DNA from: Octopus sinensis
Lineage: Eukaryota
NCBI RefSeq assembly: GCF_006345805.1
Contig: NW_021832870.1
Coordinates: forward strand, 31,085-95,084
Length of the DNA stretch: 64,000 bases
Reading direction: 5' to 3'
This document shows positions 1-14,325 of the stretch, one piece after another (within the stretch, counting starts at the first letter, position 1; every line of letters begins with the position of its first letter). Below the pieces are notes generated by a model. It had not been told where the DNA came from. It searched no databases and saw only the letters and a program-made list of their open reading frames with translations. The position numbers were made by a program, and so were the translations under genes.

Positions 1-207
1 TTTCTACTATAGGAACACAGCTTGAAATTTCAGGGTAGGGGGATAATCGATTACTTCGACCCAGGGCTTACATGGGACTTATTTTATTGACCCCGAAAGA
101 ACAAAAGGCAAAGTCGACTTTGGAGGAATTTGAACTCGGAGAGTAAAAACGGACGAAATTCGGTTAAGCATTTTTCCCTGTATTTTAATGGTTCTGCCAC
201 TTCGCCA
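1..207 (-). mobile_element. SINE family A (tRNA-derived, Meta-domain-like body), diverged copy
   Basis: Reverse complement of GGCG..TGGCAGAA..GTTCAAATTCC..GTCGACTTTGCCTTT..TTCGGGGTCAATAAAAT, shared with many other copies in the window. Confidence 0.75.
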
Positions 208-499
208 TTTTAGACATAAAAAAAAATAATAATAATGACAACACACTCAGAGGAAAGTTTTTTAAAATCGTTTTTATTAACAGTTTATCTTTATCGCAAG
301 ACATTACATCAAAAAACCAACTTCTAAACTAACAAACAAACAATTAAGAAAAACAATAACAAAAAAACTGCTGAACAAAATTTAGAAATGCTACAAATGG
401 ACGTAGCCTTTCATTACAAACGTTCTATTAAGCTTACACTCATTCATGCACACATACATGCATCTCACACACACCCTGTTCAGACACACGCCACTCGCA

Positions 500-657
500 C
501 GCATATATATATACACACATACATATATACACATATATATATATACATATATATTACACATATATATATGCATATTATATATATATATATATCTGCATAT
601 ATATATATATAATGCATATATATATATAATATATATATATATATGCATATATATATA

Positions 658-695
<38 letters not shown>

Positions 696-805
696 TATAT
701 ATATATGCATATATATATATATATTATATATATATATATTATATATATATATATGCATATATATATGTATGTATGTATATATGTACATGAATATATACAC
801 ACATA
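500..805. repeat. compound (TA)n/(TATG)/(CA)n microsatellite
   Basis: Direct reading. Confidence 0.95.
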
Positions 806-1142
806 CACACATTGGGTCTAATAGTCGGGTGCTTGGCGAGGAGTTACAATATAGACTCCGGCGGCACCCTGGTTAACAATTTGCTTGGGAAGAACGGAAG
901 TTGTTTCTTTATGGAGCGAATGTTGTTGTAAATACCACTGAATCTAAATATTCTGGTTGCTATTGTTGCTGTTGTTTGGTATCTAGATTCTAAAGTAGAA
1001 TCAATATATAAAAACGGAAAACGAATAGATATATAGATAGATATATAGATATATTATGTGCATAGGAAATAGCATACTAGCAGATTTACCACCTATTAAA
1101 ATACCTGGCATGCTTCAACTCGTATACAAACACATACATTCT

Positions 1143-1149
1143 CATATAT

Positions 1150-1218
<69 letters not shown>

Positions 1219-1283
1219 AATATATATGTATGTATATATATATATATGCATATATATACATATATTTATATATATGCATATGC

Positions 1284-1317
<34 letters not shown>

Positions 1318-1408
1318 GTATATATATATGTATATATATATATGTATATATATATGTATATATATATATGTATATATATATGTATATATATATATGTATA
1401 TATATATG

Positions 1409-1457
<49 letters not shown>
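1143..1457. repeat. (TA)n microsatellite with TG/GC interruptions
   Basis: Direct reading. Confidence 0.95.
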
Positions 1458-2375
1458 GGTCGCAATCATGCACGCAGATATGCTTTGATAATAGATTATT
1501 GGTTGTTATTTAAATTTTTTTTGTAGATATTTTTTAAAATATATCTCTGGTTACATTCACACGTATTATTGGATTAGTAGACTAACTACTAACAGTTACA
1601 GACAATGGTAAAACTAAATTTTTAGTTATCATCATCTTTAGCTGATATATCACCACGATCTATTATGCGCTATAGTTTGTACACAGGTATAAACACACAC
1701 ACACACACAGAATTATATTGATATGAAGAGAGAAAGAAGGAGGAAAAAATAATAGAATTGAATACTGAATGAATGAGGAATATAGAACCGCTAAAGAGGA
1801 TTAAGAATTCTTGAAACACTACTACAATTGCATCTTATCAAAAACAGACGATAGATGTATGAAGAGGTTTTGTATGCATACGCACGCACACACGCACGCA
1901 CGCATATGTGCACATACATGTATATTATAACAGTTAAAGAAAAGCATCCAGTTTTGTTATGAAGTTAAGCAAAATTATTTGATATATTTTTTTAGGAGGG
2001 AAATAAACAAACATTGTATTAAAGAATATATTTTGAAAGTAAATTCTGCAGTGATAGATATTTATTGACTAAATATTAAATGTTATATAGTGTGCATTAA
2101 GAAACGTTAACTAAAACGATAGAAAATGTGAGAAGGTTCGTTTGAAATTTAGATATGTTGTTGTAATTGGATCAAAGCCCTACAGAAACCAGGTCGTTTT
2201 TTTCAGACTGAATATTTCTGTATCAGAAAAATTAAGCGTGCGTTTTCACATCGTTGAGGACTAACATATAAAGTATGTGTGGCAGGAAAAGAAAAGATGA
2301 AGGAGAGGAATAAAAAAAAAAAAGAAAAAACGAAGAAAGAAGCCGAATCATTGTTGTTACGATCAGTGTCGGAAA

Positions 2376-2588
2376 CTACCGACCTTTTCCAATGATTTGG
2401 TCGCACATCCGGGGAACGTATTCGCCATGTTCGTCGTCATCGGTATACATGTTAGGGACGATATCAACTTCAGTCACACATTGTCGACTATTTTGACATA
2501 GGCAAGTGAACTGGTATTTCAAAGCTTCACCAAGGGCTCTGTTCACGTAGACTTTAGCACATACAGCTCCATCGGTTGCACATACCAC
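2376..2588 (-). CDS. candidate host-gene exon (probably last coding exon) of a cysteine-rich protein: VVCATDGAVCAKV...CLCQNSRQC...RMCDQIIGKGR*
   Basis: Non-repetitive 70-codon frame starting exactly after a strong acceptor (ttttattttgtcctag|GTG); six Cys spaced C-x6-C-x18-C-x-C-x5-C-x24-C; AATAAA on minus strand at 2061-2066; a possible alternative donor AAG|gtcggt at 2384. Confidence 0.65.
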   Translation of the reverse strand: MVCATDGAVCAKVYVNRALGEALKYQFTCLCQNSRQCVTEVDIVPNMYTDDDEHGEYVPRMCDQIIGKGR

Positions 2589-3065
2589 CTAGGACAAAAT
2601 AAAATAAAATAAAGAACATTACTGATATTAAGGTACAAACAACTTTACATTTAATATGGTTTCAAAGTGTGGCACAAAACCAGCAGTTTTGAGGTTGGGG
2701 GTGTTCAAATGGTACTTATTTTAACAACAAACAAGATGAGGACAAATATCCGTCGAATGTAAATAATGTAAATAATGTACAAGTTTCCTTTGATCAATCA
2801 GGCCTACGATGAACAGCATTTCATCAACGACTATACTGTTTCTTAGGAATAGCCACAATTGCAATATTTTATGTGTCTTTCCCGAATTTATGTCGGTAGT
2901 GTATGATTTTTAAGGGGTTTTTGAATACTATTTTTTGCTAGTCAAGCCATCACAAAGATGGTTTGACTATTATCCTCCAGAAGTGTAGATTCTTCATTCT
3001 ACCAAGCAGAATGACAGAATACTGCAAGTGCTTGAATGATAGAACTCATCTAGATGCTCGTTTAT

Positions 3066-3207
3066 ATTTCTTTACTACCCACAAGGGGCTAAACACAGAG
3101 GGGACAAACAAAGACAGACAAAGGGATTAAGTCGATTACATCGACTCCAGTGCGTAACTGGCACTTTATTTATCGACCCCGAAAGGATGAAAGGCAAAGT
3201 CGACCTG
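3066..3207 (-). mobile_element. SINE family A, 3' part
   Basis: tatttctttactacccacaaggggctaaacacagagggg...gaaaggcaaagtcgacc. Confidence 0.85.
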
Positions 3208-3269
3208 AAGCCAGATATTAGCAACAATATTCCTTTGAATATATTTCTCTACATTTCGCCAGTCCAAAA

Positions 3270-3520
3270 ACACAAATAATAAAATGTAAGCTACAGATGT
3301 CGTACGTACCTTTTTACAGCGATATTCGTAGATCCAGAGGTTATTTCGTTTCTCCCAACCTCTGAGGTAGAAAATGTTGTTCTTGCATCGGCATCTCTCC
3401 TCTCTCATATGGATATGCCAGCCATTCACCTCGGTTTCCATCAAAGCAGCAACTTCGTCGTCATTGCAAATCCTTTCAGGCATTATAGGACCACACAATT
3501 TGTACTGAACTATCATGTCC
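3270..3520 (-). mobile_element. degenerate mariner-like transposase C-terminal remnant
   Basis: Translation ..ERICNDDEVAAL..NNIFYLRGWEKRNNLW.. resembles the mariner C-terminus (RF.NDDEV...FY..GI.KL..RW). Confidence 0.4.
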
Positions 3521-3825
3521 ACTGTACGAATAAGATAAATCAAGAAAAGGAACGCATTAATATAGGCTGAAAACGAATGAAGAGTGCAATGCGCGAAATA
3601 TAAGTGTATGGCGGTTTATGATATAGTCACAAGGTCGGCAATCCTCGTGGAAGATGTCTAATCGACTAAATCAATATTTAGTCGTACTTGGATTATACTC
3701 AATGTATTGACCCCGGAGGGATTAAAATTCAAGATGATCTCGCCGTGAATTTTGTTTATCATATTCTTTATTCTTTATAAAAGATTAAATGTAAGCTACA
3801 GTTATTGTACGTATCTTTTTACAGC

Positions 3826-3945
3826 GTAGGAGTGGCTGTGTGGTAAGTAGCTTGCTTACCAACCACATGGTTCCGGGTTCAGTCCCACTGCGTGGCACCT
3901 TGGGCCAGTGTCTTCTACTATAGCCTCGGGTCGACCAAACCTCCG
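3826..3945 (+). mobile_element. SINE family B head (tRNA-like + CORE-like), truncated
   Basis: GTAGGAGTGGCTGTGTGGTAAG (A-box-like), GGTTCAGTCC (B-box-like), CACCTTGGGC.AGTGTCTT (CORE-like). Confidence 0.85.
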
Positions 3946-4766
3946 ATATCAGCAGCGTGGCCCGACAGCATATGCTGGTTTACCCCCACCACATCATTCT
4001 GGTTCTGTACCCCTTTGAGCAACACCAGTCCACTCACCCGTCCACAAACACTCTCCAAGATTTCCTACTATTTATAATCTCTCTTGCCTCTCTCCACCAC
4101 CTCTAACCACCAAAGCTTTCCTCACTCCATCCATCCATGCAAACCGTGGTCTGCCATATAATCATAAAAAAAGAATGAAAATATTCCAAAACACAATAAA
4201 TGTGCTTCTTGAATAAACTTCGCAGTATATGTGTTTCGTGCATTTTAAAAGCAACCAGACATAAGTTTCATAAACTACAGAACATAAATATCCACACTGC
4301 CACACTTGAAACGAACCTGTTATAATACTTTAATTCGATTTGAATGTACGTGAAGGTATTTAGAATGGCCTAACTTATTTCTGCAAATGTGCTAAGCACT
4401 GATGTTGATCATAGGTTAATCAATAAGCGTAAGAGCACGGTAAATGCAGTAAAAATAGTGGGGTCAGTGGGACCTCATTGAAGCAGCCCTTCAGAAGCTG
4501 TGCCTCCCTGAAAGTTCATAGTATGAAATTCATTGTCATTACTCCGATTTGGTCGCCAATACCATGTACTTAGTTTAAAATGCAGTAAAAATAGAGGGGT
4601 CAGTGAGGCCCCAATTAGGTGGCCCTTAAAAAAGCATAGACCCCTCAGGACAATCCCTGGGATTAGAGGAGTTTCTAGTTTGAGTTTCGTTGTCCTTGCA
4701 CCAACCGTCTAGGAGGAGTTAACGTGCATAAAAACGTGACGGACAGAGACACATCACTCAAATTTA

Positions 4767-5166
4767 TCTCTCTATATTTAGCTCGCAAGCTGACGTTGTC
4801 TGTGTATGGAAGGTTTGATAGCCTTCAACTAATACTATCTCCTCCGAGACCCTGTGGCGCAAGTTGACCAAAATTGAAAGTATGATAGGAGAAGGCTTGC
4901 TCTTCCTTCCGTAGAAGAAAATATTCAAATCGGACCATGTTAACATCAAAATTTATGTACATGAAAAAGGTGCTTTTTTTTCGATGAAAATCCTTACTTT
5001 TTACGATTTTTTTACTGCTGTGTCGCCCTTTTTCGGTGTATTTCAACCAGAAAAAATGTTCACTTAAAGAGAATAACAAGCTACATAATGCAAAATTTTT
5101 ACTTTTCAAAAATTTCAATTCTAAAGGGTCGAAACAAACCCAAGCAACGCCGGGCGATAAAACTAA
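4767..5166 (+). mobile_element. non-autonomous Helitron-like element, copy 1
   Basis: TC 5' start; subterminal CCCAAGCAACGCCGGG hairpin followed by a CTAA end; second copy at 37279-37667. Confidence 0.6.
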
Positions 5167-5459
5167 ATGAGATGACGGTAATACTTACATCGTTTGAAAT
5201 GTTGCCAGGTAAATGAATACCTGTCGTGTTCCGACCATGTTGTCGAGCAGTTGTCACAGGCACAATTTTTGCCTTCATCGACAATGAAATTATCCTCCTC
5301 GCCGTCTTTGTATTGCATCAGGGTCCTGCACACATGCGCATTTGACTTACACGGGGGTTCTGTGTCACGTTTGTGCTGGAAACAACAAAATATCGGAGAT
5401 ATAAAAACGAAACAATTTAAGAAACTCTGAATATATGAAACAGTCGAAAATATAATTAT

Positions 5460-5702
5460 AAAGAGGAAAAGGATCCCATCAACTTTAAACGGAGTCTGGA
5501 TAGATTCCTTCAAGGAATAACAGATAAGCCACCCATAATTGGATACAACTCACCCAACAAAAACTCACTACTTGAATGGACCATAAACAAAACTTGACTT
5601 AAACAGGATTCAGATAATCCTATCAGTGGTGCTATTAAGTTAGACATGGCCTGGACCAATTTTTGGTCGAAACATATCTAAGTTTATCTAAGTTTAAGTT
5701 TA
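5460..5702 (+). mobile_element. 3' fragment of a second CR1-type LINE family
   Basis: Frame KEEKDPINFKRSLDRFLQGITDKPPIIGYNSPNKNSLLEW* parallels the C-terminus of the large CR1 (FKMKLDLFLSGVPDEP..NSLMH); tail GGTGC..CATGGCC-stemloop-GAAAC then (ATCTAAGTTT)n. Confidence 0.7.
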
Positions 5703-5731
5703 TATTGTTTTATTTCGGGTCGGTCATTTTG

Positions 5732-5897
5732 TTTTTGCCAAATAAACACACGCACTATATATTTGTTCTTCATTCATTTATTACTGTTCTTATTTTTTTA
5801 AAATTTTAACTCATGCCTATGTCCATTGTAAAAAAAATAAGAACAATAATAAACGAATGAAGAACAAATATACAGTGCGTGTGTTTATTTGGCAAAA
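5732..5897. repeat. fold-back inverted repeat (~67-bp arms, ~30-bp spacer)
   Basis: ttttgccaaataaacacacgcactatatatttgttcttc... versus ...gaagaacaaatatacagtgcgtgtgtttatttggcaaaa. Confidence 0.9.
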
Positions 5898-5908
5898 AAA
5901 TTACCATA

Positions 5909-6170
5909 GGCGCAGGAGTGGCTGTGTGGTAAGTATTTATTTCTTTACTACCCACAAGGGGCTAAACATAGAGGGGACAAACAAGGACAGACAAAGGAAT
6001 TAAGTCGATCGCATCGACCCCAGTGCGAAAGTGGTACTTTATTTATCGACCCCAAAAGGATGAAAGGAAAAGTCGACCTCGGCGGAATTTTAACTCAGAA
6101 CGTAACGACAGACGAAATACAGCAATGCATTTCGCCCGGCGTGCTAACGTCTCTGCCAGCTCGCCGCCTA
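5909..6170 (-). mobile_element. full SINE A inserted into a SINE B head fragment
   Basis: SINE A (minus, 5936-6170) flanked by duplicated TGGTAAGTATT; SINE B head at 5909-5935. Confidence 0.85.
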
Positions 6171-6740
6171 TGGTAAGTATTACCATACAAACTATTTACA
6201 ATCTTTGCCTAACCTGAATAGAAACAGTAACGGATAAATTGTATGTATATCAGATGTGATATATGGGTCATACCGGTCGTTAAGTTTGGCGTTATGCTGT
6301 ATTGTCTATTCACTTTGTGTACCTTTGTAAAAATTGAAGTTGGCAGATGGTTCATTATATTAATTACTTCCCACTGTACTCAATTAGTCTTCGTGATAGA
6401 GAAACAGTTCACCAGACTTTCACAGAAAGTTATTTCTGTGAAACTTCATTGAGATATAACGTTGAATATTCTTGCATTCAGGAATGTTATAAAGAAAAAT
6501 ACTGATATTATACATGAATCAGGACAAAATATCTGAAATACTGAAATTTGCAAATTTCAAAGTGCTCCGCCTCCATTTACCATCCCACATAATTAGATCG
6601 TAAGAAAACATTACTGGGAAATTTGTAACATTAGGCTCCGGTCACTAATTGAAATGCCTCACATTCAATTAACATTTAACGAATTTTCTGATGTTCAGGA
6701 ATACAAGTGACTTTTGTTTATCGTATTTTTTACCATTAAA

Positions 6741-7141
6741 GGCGGCGAGCTGGCAGAAACGTTAGCACGCCGGGCGAAATGCTTAGCAGTACTTCGTCTG
6801 CCGCTACGTTCTGAGTTCAAATTCCGCCGAGGTCGACTTTGCCTTTCATCCTTTCGGGGTCAATAAATTAAGTACCAGTTACGCACTGGGGTCGATATAA
6901 TCGACTTAATCCGTTTGTCTGTCCTTGTCTGTCCCCTTGTGGGTAATAAAGAAATAGATATTTCGTCTGCCGCTACGTTCTGAGTTCAAATTCCGCCGAG
7001 GTCGACTTTGCCTTTCATCCTTTCGGGGTCGATAAATTAAGTACCAGTTACGCAGTGGGATCGATATAATCGACTTAATCCGTTTGCCTGTCCTTGTTTG
7101 TCCCTTCAGTGTTTAGCCCCTTGTGGGTAGTAAAGAAATAG
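6741..7141 (+). mobile_element. SINE A with tandem 3' duplication (dimer)
   Basis: Head GGCGGCGAGCTGGCAGAAACGTTAGC; second unit restarts at TATTTCGTCTGCC; TSD GTATTTTTTACCATTAAA on both sides. Confidence 0.95.
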
Positions 7142-7720
7142 GTATTTTTTTACCATTAAAATATCGTCGTTGATATTCTTCTTTTATCTTCTCCTTTTTA
7201 AAGAAGATGCGTATAACAGCGATTTCTAACACCGAAACAATTCAATAAACTTATAATAGGGGTGAGGTATATTCCCTTGCATCGACTTACAGGGTATTTC
7301 TAGTACATCTTTTAATGACATTGTTGAGAGAAAATAGTGAGTTAACTCCGGTGAGATTTGAACTCAGATCATAAAAGAACAAAAAAAAACCAATACTTCA
7401 AGGAATGCTTTTCGGTCCGCCCCCGAGTTAGCTATATCACTGCTTCTTTTGGGTCCCTATGATAATCTAAATGCCTTTATAATTTGATGAATATTATCTT
7501 AATTGGTGGATATTTTAATTGATTTGGCTTTGTGATAAGAAGCTTGTGGCAAGAAGCTTATATTTATGATCATATAAACTACTTCGAGTATTATTTTCGC
7601 AAGTTTAAAGTGATTTCTTTTGTGCCGTAAACCATTTACAATTTCTGTTGTGCCCTCCCCTACTTCCCTTGACGTTCTAAGCACGTGCTTATTTTGCTTA
7701 ATGGTTAATCCAGAGCTGAA

Positions 7721-7953
7721 AGGCGGCGAGCTGGCAGAAACGTTAGCACGCCGGGCAAAATGCTTAGCAGTATTTCGTCTGCCGCTACGTTCTGAGTTCA
7801 AATTCCGCCCTGGTCTACTTTGCCTTTCATCCTTTCGGGGTCGATAAATTAAGTACCAGTTACGCACTGGGGTCGACGTAATCGACTTAATCCGTTTGTC
7901 TGTCCTTGTTTGTCCTCTCCATGTTTAGCTCCTTGTGGGTAATAAAGAAATAG
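7721..7953 (+). mobile_element. SINE A, full length
   Basis: Consensus match; TSD ATCCAGAGCTGA. Confidence 0.95.
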
Positions 7954-8404
7954 GTTTATCCAGAGCTGACGTATAGGGAGAATAAATAAAATAAATGAAT
8001 TTTCATCGGTTCTTGAGTGTTCTAATTGTTCGATCATTGAATAGAATTGTCTATTCATTGAATTAGCATGTAAATGGCTGAGAATTCCACAGACAAATAT
8101 ATCCTCAAAGCGATTCTAAGAGTAAATTAGCGTGACATAATGAGTGTGACACAACTGGACATTTAAATTACAAGTATAATCCTTTGACAGGCTTCCGAAC
8201 AGTCTCCACCTATTTAGTTTTATTCACATGATTTGAGTCAACCCGTGGTTATGAATGAAGACATTTGCCCAAGATGCAAGGCAGAGGTATCGAACCCGAA
8301 ATCTCATTACTACGAAGCAATTTATATCTAAGAATAAGATACCTCAAAGATCAGAGATAAAACCGATTGAAACACCTTAGCTCTATATATTACTTTCAAA
8401 ATTT

Positions 8405-9150
8405 GACACAAGGCCAGCAATTGTGGGGGTGGGATAGGTCGATTACATTGACTCCAGTGCTCGACTGATACTTATTTTATCGACTCCGAAAGGGATAAAA
8501 GGTAAAGTCGACATCGGCAGAACTTAAACACAGAGCGTAAAAATGGACGAAATGCCTATTTCTTTACTACCCACAAGGGGCTAAACACAGAGGGGACAAA
8601 CAAGTACAGACAAACGGATTAAGTAGATTACATCGACCCCAGTGCGTAACTGGTACTTAATTTATCGACTCCAAAAGGATGAAAGGCAAAGTCGACCTCG
8701 GCGGAATTTGAACTCAGAAGGTAACCGCAGACGAAATACCTATTTCTTTATTACCCACAAGGGGCTAAAGACAGAGGGGACAAACAAGGACAGACATAGG
8801 TATTAAGTCGATTATATCGACCCCAGTGCGTAAGTGGTACTTAATTTATCGACTCCAAAAGGATGAAAGGCAAAGTCGACCTCGGCGGAATTTGAACTCA
8901 GAAGGTAACCGCAGACGAAATACCTATTTCTTTACTACCCACAAGGGGCTAAACACAGAGGAGACAAACAAGTACAGACATAGGTATTAAGTCGATTATA
9001 TCGACCCCAGTGCGTAAGTGGTACTTAATTTATCGACCCCGAAAGGATGAAAGGCAAAGTCGACCTCGGCAGAATTTGAACTCCGAACGTAGCGGCAGAC
9101 GAAATACCGCTAAACATTTCGTCCGGCGTGCTAATGATTCTGCCAGCTCG
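8405..9150 (-). mobile_element. SINE A tandem multimer (one head plus ~3 further 3' units)
   Basis: Units of ~181-185 bp restarting at ~8556, ~8741, ~8922. Confidence 0.9.
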
Positions 9151-9653
9151 ACGTCTTTACTAGTATTATAGATGATTTTTATAGATATTCCTGAGCAAGA
9201 ATTGACAAATAGTTTTTGCATGAAGCTAATATGATGTTAAAAAAAACCGTTAAGAAACTTAGTCGCTCGGTTTCCTTTTTTTTTTATTCTTATTTTCCTA
9301 GAAAAACTCACTATTTCAAGATAATTTTCTTTCGTTCAGCAAATTGTTTCCACAAACTTAAAGATTATGTTAACTTTCGGCAGGAACTAACTCAATAAAT
9401 AGATAATCATAGGAAATGTAGTTTCATACTGTAACACCAAAATGTTTTCGTTAATATCCGCTAGAGGTAATTTTAATACGATATCAATATGAGGTTGGCA
9501 GCTTCTCAGGTTAGTTTGTTGCTAGGCACTTTTATTTAAAGAATGTTTTCAGACATCAGTAGTGGTAACAAATTGTCGGTGCATTGGTAAGTGGTTAGGT
9601 AGACGCAATTAGTGGTAGGTTTTGTTGTTTTTTAATCATTATATAGTCTACAG

Positions 9654-9978
9654 CATAGGTTCTTAAAGTGGGCTCTACCGCCCCCCCCGGTGGGTGTTGA
9701 GACGGTCCAGGTGGGCGCTGGTGCCTAAGGGGGTGGTAGAGAAAAATGAGGCGTCGGGAGATAGGCAGTGAATTGAGGGACGCTATGAATATATTATAAT
9801 ATTATTATAGTATTGTATATAAATTATATAATATTATATTAGATATCAAACGATTCATAGTATATGTAAATTAGTAAAATATGAAATATTTATTTATTCA
9901 TAAAGATAAGGATGGGGTGCCGAGGGTATTATGTGGCCATGAGGGGGATCGGTGGACCCAAATGTTTGAGAACCTCTG
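9654..9978. mobile_element. hAT (Charlie-like) MITE
   Basis: Ends CATAGGTTCTTAAA / TTTGAGAACCTCTG; 8-bp TSD GTCTACAG / GTCTGCAG. Confidence 0.7.
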
Positions 9979-10056
9979 GTCTGCAGCATGTGCTGCCTTG
10001 TGACTAGAGTAGAAAAGAATATGAAGAACCGCTATGCCGCCTTGAAATGTATGTGT

Positions 10057-10118
<62 letters not shown>

Positions 10119-10274
10119 ACGCTCGCGTGCGTGCGTGTGTGTGAGTGTGTGCGCGCACACGCAAACGCACACACACACACTTACCCAATATTTGATTTAA
10201 AATATTGTATAAATAATTAGTGTCTGAATTAGATTCCTTTATTTATTAGTCGACTGCTTATAATAATAATAATG

Positions 10275-10324
<50 letters not shown>

Positions 10325-10327
<3 letters not shown>

Positions 10328-10520
10328 CTTTTCTATTTTAGGTTGAAGGCCCGAAATTATGGGGGAAGGGGCCAGTCGATTAGATTGAGCCAGTAAGCAA
10401 CTGGTGCTTAATTTATCGACTCCGAAAGGATGAAAGAGAAAGACGACCTCGACGGAATTTGAACTCAGAACGTAAAAACAGACGAAATACCAATTTCTTT
10501 ACTACCCACAAGGCGCTAAA
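10325..10520 (-). mobile_element. SINE A partial
   Basis: Consensus match. Confidence 0.8.
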
Positions 10521-10524
10521 CAAA

Positions 10525-10725
10525 GAGGTTTTGAGCAATGGGCTGAAACATGAGTGTAAAGGTGCATTTCTTGCACAGTCATCTGGACTACTTCCTTGAA
10601 CATCTTAAGGCAATAGTGATGCACAAGGTAAAATATTCCACCGAGACATCGAGAACATAGGTATCGAGTCCAGTTGAACACCAACATGGTGCTGTCTATT
10701 GCTGGTCACTGCAAAGACACTGTCA
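10525..10725 (+). mobile_element. frameshifted DNA-transposase C-terminal remnant, Chapaev3/CMC-like
   Basis: NMSVKVHFLHSHLDYF.E.L.. / SDAQGKIFHRDI / YCWSLQR motifs; superfamily assignment from memory. Confidence 0.55.
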
Positions 10726-11347
10726 TGGTGCAATTTATTCACATAAAGCAACGAAGACAAAGTTCATTCCTTGAATAGTTCAAATTCCAGTCTGACAGAA
10801 ATATCTATTCTAAGATGTGTAATTAAACATTTAGTGTAATACGTATATCTGTTAGACAATAAAATGTACTATTTGGTTTGTGTTAGTTTCTTATTTCAGT
10901 CTTGCATTTAATGGCAAAATTGATACTTTTTAGTAAAAAAAAATGAATCACTGTTTAACAAAAAACTTGAGGTGATAGAAATTTTCTGGGAGTATTTCTG
11001 AACCCAAAACCATCGAATTAGGTAGGACTAATTGTAAAAATCAAGACAACTAAAAATTCTCTTTCAAATGTACCCCAGTGTAATTTGTGTACTTAGTTTT
11101 GTTAGTAAATGCCTGGGTGGTAATCAAGAAAAGCTAATGTTTTTCTGAAAAAGAAATCTACCAGCGAAATGAAACATTACCGATACAGTCTGTAACTAGC
11201 ATAGAAAAATATGCAACAGTTTTCTCAAGTTTAAAATGACATTCTTTTTGTTATCTACATTCCAACGATAGGGTTTTGTTAGAAACCAGCTCCTTTCTGA
11301 AGAAACATTTCAAATAATTAAAAATAGAAGGGAACATGCATTCATTC

Positions 11348-11378
<31 letters not shown>

Positions 11379-11689
11379 CATACATACATACATACATACA
11401 TACATACATACATACATACAAACGTGTGTACTTCTAGTAGTTTCACCTGTAACTTCAAACCTGCAAATTCGAAACCACCAACTAATAGACAGTTAGTGTC
11501 TTCAAACATTCTACTTAATACTATCTGATCTCTTCCTGTACAGAAGCGGCTTTACCAAATAAACCCTCACAGGTATTCACACACACACGCAAGCACAATC
11601 ATATACTCTTACGTGCATAGATGCTTCGCTCACATACGTATACGTTTCTGCTTGCAAGCTGAGAAAGAAGCAGGAAGGAAAGATCAATA

Positions 11690-12435
<746 letters not shown>

Positions 12436-12881
12436 TAATGGTCTGTTTTATGTTCACTTATAATAAACACAATTTTACATTAATCTGACTTGTTGCCTTA
12501 AGAATTTATTATTCTTAAGCAAAAATATTAACAATGACTTAGAACTTTCAATCAGTTAAGATATCGTCCGACGATATATATACGTAAATGTCGAACGACA
12601 TTTTCTTTTGTGTATTATGGCTACCATTGGTTTCATGTTAAGAAAAATATCTTAATATTCTAACAGTTTTTGAAGCCGATAACATGGCGGTATGGTGTTC
12701 ATCTCCAAAATGTGCGCGCGTGCGTATGTGTTTGTATTTGTGTGCGCGCACTTGCGTGTTACACAATTCCCTTATCAGCCCTTTATCCACCATCGCTTAA
12801 AGTATTACTAAATGGTATGCCAAATACACCACCCGGTTTATCATCATCAGCACATACTTAAGTACCTTTAGCGTAGTCTAC

Positions 12882-12983
12882 CTTGTAAAACTCTGTTTTC
12901 GCACCTGGTCCACAGTTTTCAGGCAGAGACTGAACTGAAAGTATTCTTCGAGTGTCTATAAAAGTCCCGTTCTGTGCTCCTTT
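12882..12983 (-). CDS. candidate internal exon KGAQNGTFIDTRRILSVQSLPENCGPGAKTEFYK
   Basis: tttttgcatgtag|AAA...AAG|gtagac; 102 nt, phase 0/0, open; joins in frame to the 2588 exon. Confidence 0.5.
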
Positions 12984-13232
12984 CTACATGCAAAAATATT
13001 TTTTTTAAATTACCAAGGGGAGATAATTTCAAGAAATTAAGAATTAATTCCTCGAGTGAATTTAGGCGCCTGGGCGGTAGGAACAGTCTGGTCATTGTTT
13101 GCCGAGAAGGGGGGATAATCGACAAATGTTGCCGTATTTTGATTCCGTCATTTTTAATCTATTTGACAAGGTGAGAGAGATAGAAATATATAAATATATA
13201 TATATATATGTGTATATATATCAATGGTTCAT

Positions 13233-13465
13233 AGGCCGGCGAGCTTGCAGAATCTTTAGCACGCCGGGCGAAATGCGTAGCCGTATTTCGTCTGCCGTTA
13301 CGTTCTGACTTCAAATCCCGCCGAGGTCGACTTTGCCGTTCATCCTTTAGGGGTCGATAAATAAAGTACCAGTTACGCACTGGGGTCGATATAATCGACT
13401 TAATCCCTTTGCCTGTCCTTGTTTGTCCACTCTATGTTTAGCCCCTTGTGGACAATAAAGAAATA
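13233..13465 (+). mobile_element. SINE A, full length
   Basis: Consensus match; TSD ATATATCAATGGTTCA. Confidence 0.95.
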
Positions 13466-13682
13466 TATATATCAATGGTTCAGGGCCAAATTAAGAGTTA
13501 ATTCTTTCATGCAAGTAAAAGGTTACCCACTGATCTGTAGGTTTGAGTAAACTGTACTATACTGACAAGAATAACAACAACAACACACTCGCACACACAA
13601 GGATGCACGCCCACATACGCATGTACAAATGTACGAACACACATGCATGTACACACACACACACACACACATACAAACACAC

Positions 13683-13716
<34 letters not shown>

Positions 13717-13799
13717 ATTCTCACATACATGTATATGGTTTGATTTGGGCACATATGAGCATGTATGTATCTATCTACATACACCATATGTGCGTATTA

Positions 13800-13978
13800 T
13801 ATGTATGAGTGTATGTATGTATGAGTATGTATGTATGTATGTATGAGTGTATGTATGTATGTATGTATGTATGTATGTATGTATGTATGAGTGTATGTAT
13901 GTATGTATGTATGAGTGTATGTATGTATGTATGTATGAGTGTATGTATGTATGTATGTATGAATGTATGTATGTATCC
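13800..13978. repeat. (GTAT)n microsatellite
   Basis: Direct reading. Confidence 0.95.
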
Positions 13979-14293
13979 TACGTGTACATCTATTCTTCTG
14001 TTCATCTTAAATGTTAACTAAATATTCACCTGCCGCCAAAACTAATAAGCTACTTGGTTTGTTTACATGTCGACATTCTATTGTATTCTTCCCGTATTTA
14101 TAACACTGGGAAACTAATAATAGTTTACCTCTACATTCATTTTTATTCCTGTTTCCTTCGTTGTTATAATTTTTTCTTTGTTGTTTTCCCTACGATTTTT
14201 TTGTTTCTCTAGAAAAAAATTAGCTCACATTACAACTTCTCTTTCCGTCTTTTGCTTACTTTTACTTATTTATTAATTAATTAATTTATTTAT

Positions 14294-14325
<32 letters not shown>

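Noticed and set aside
3950-4170. Possible Penelope linker fragment (ICWFTP..) fused to a SINE B head
   Set aside because: Similarity is limited to a few residues with stops; it cannot be supported without a search
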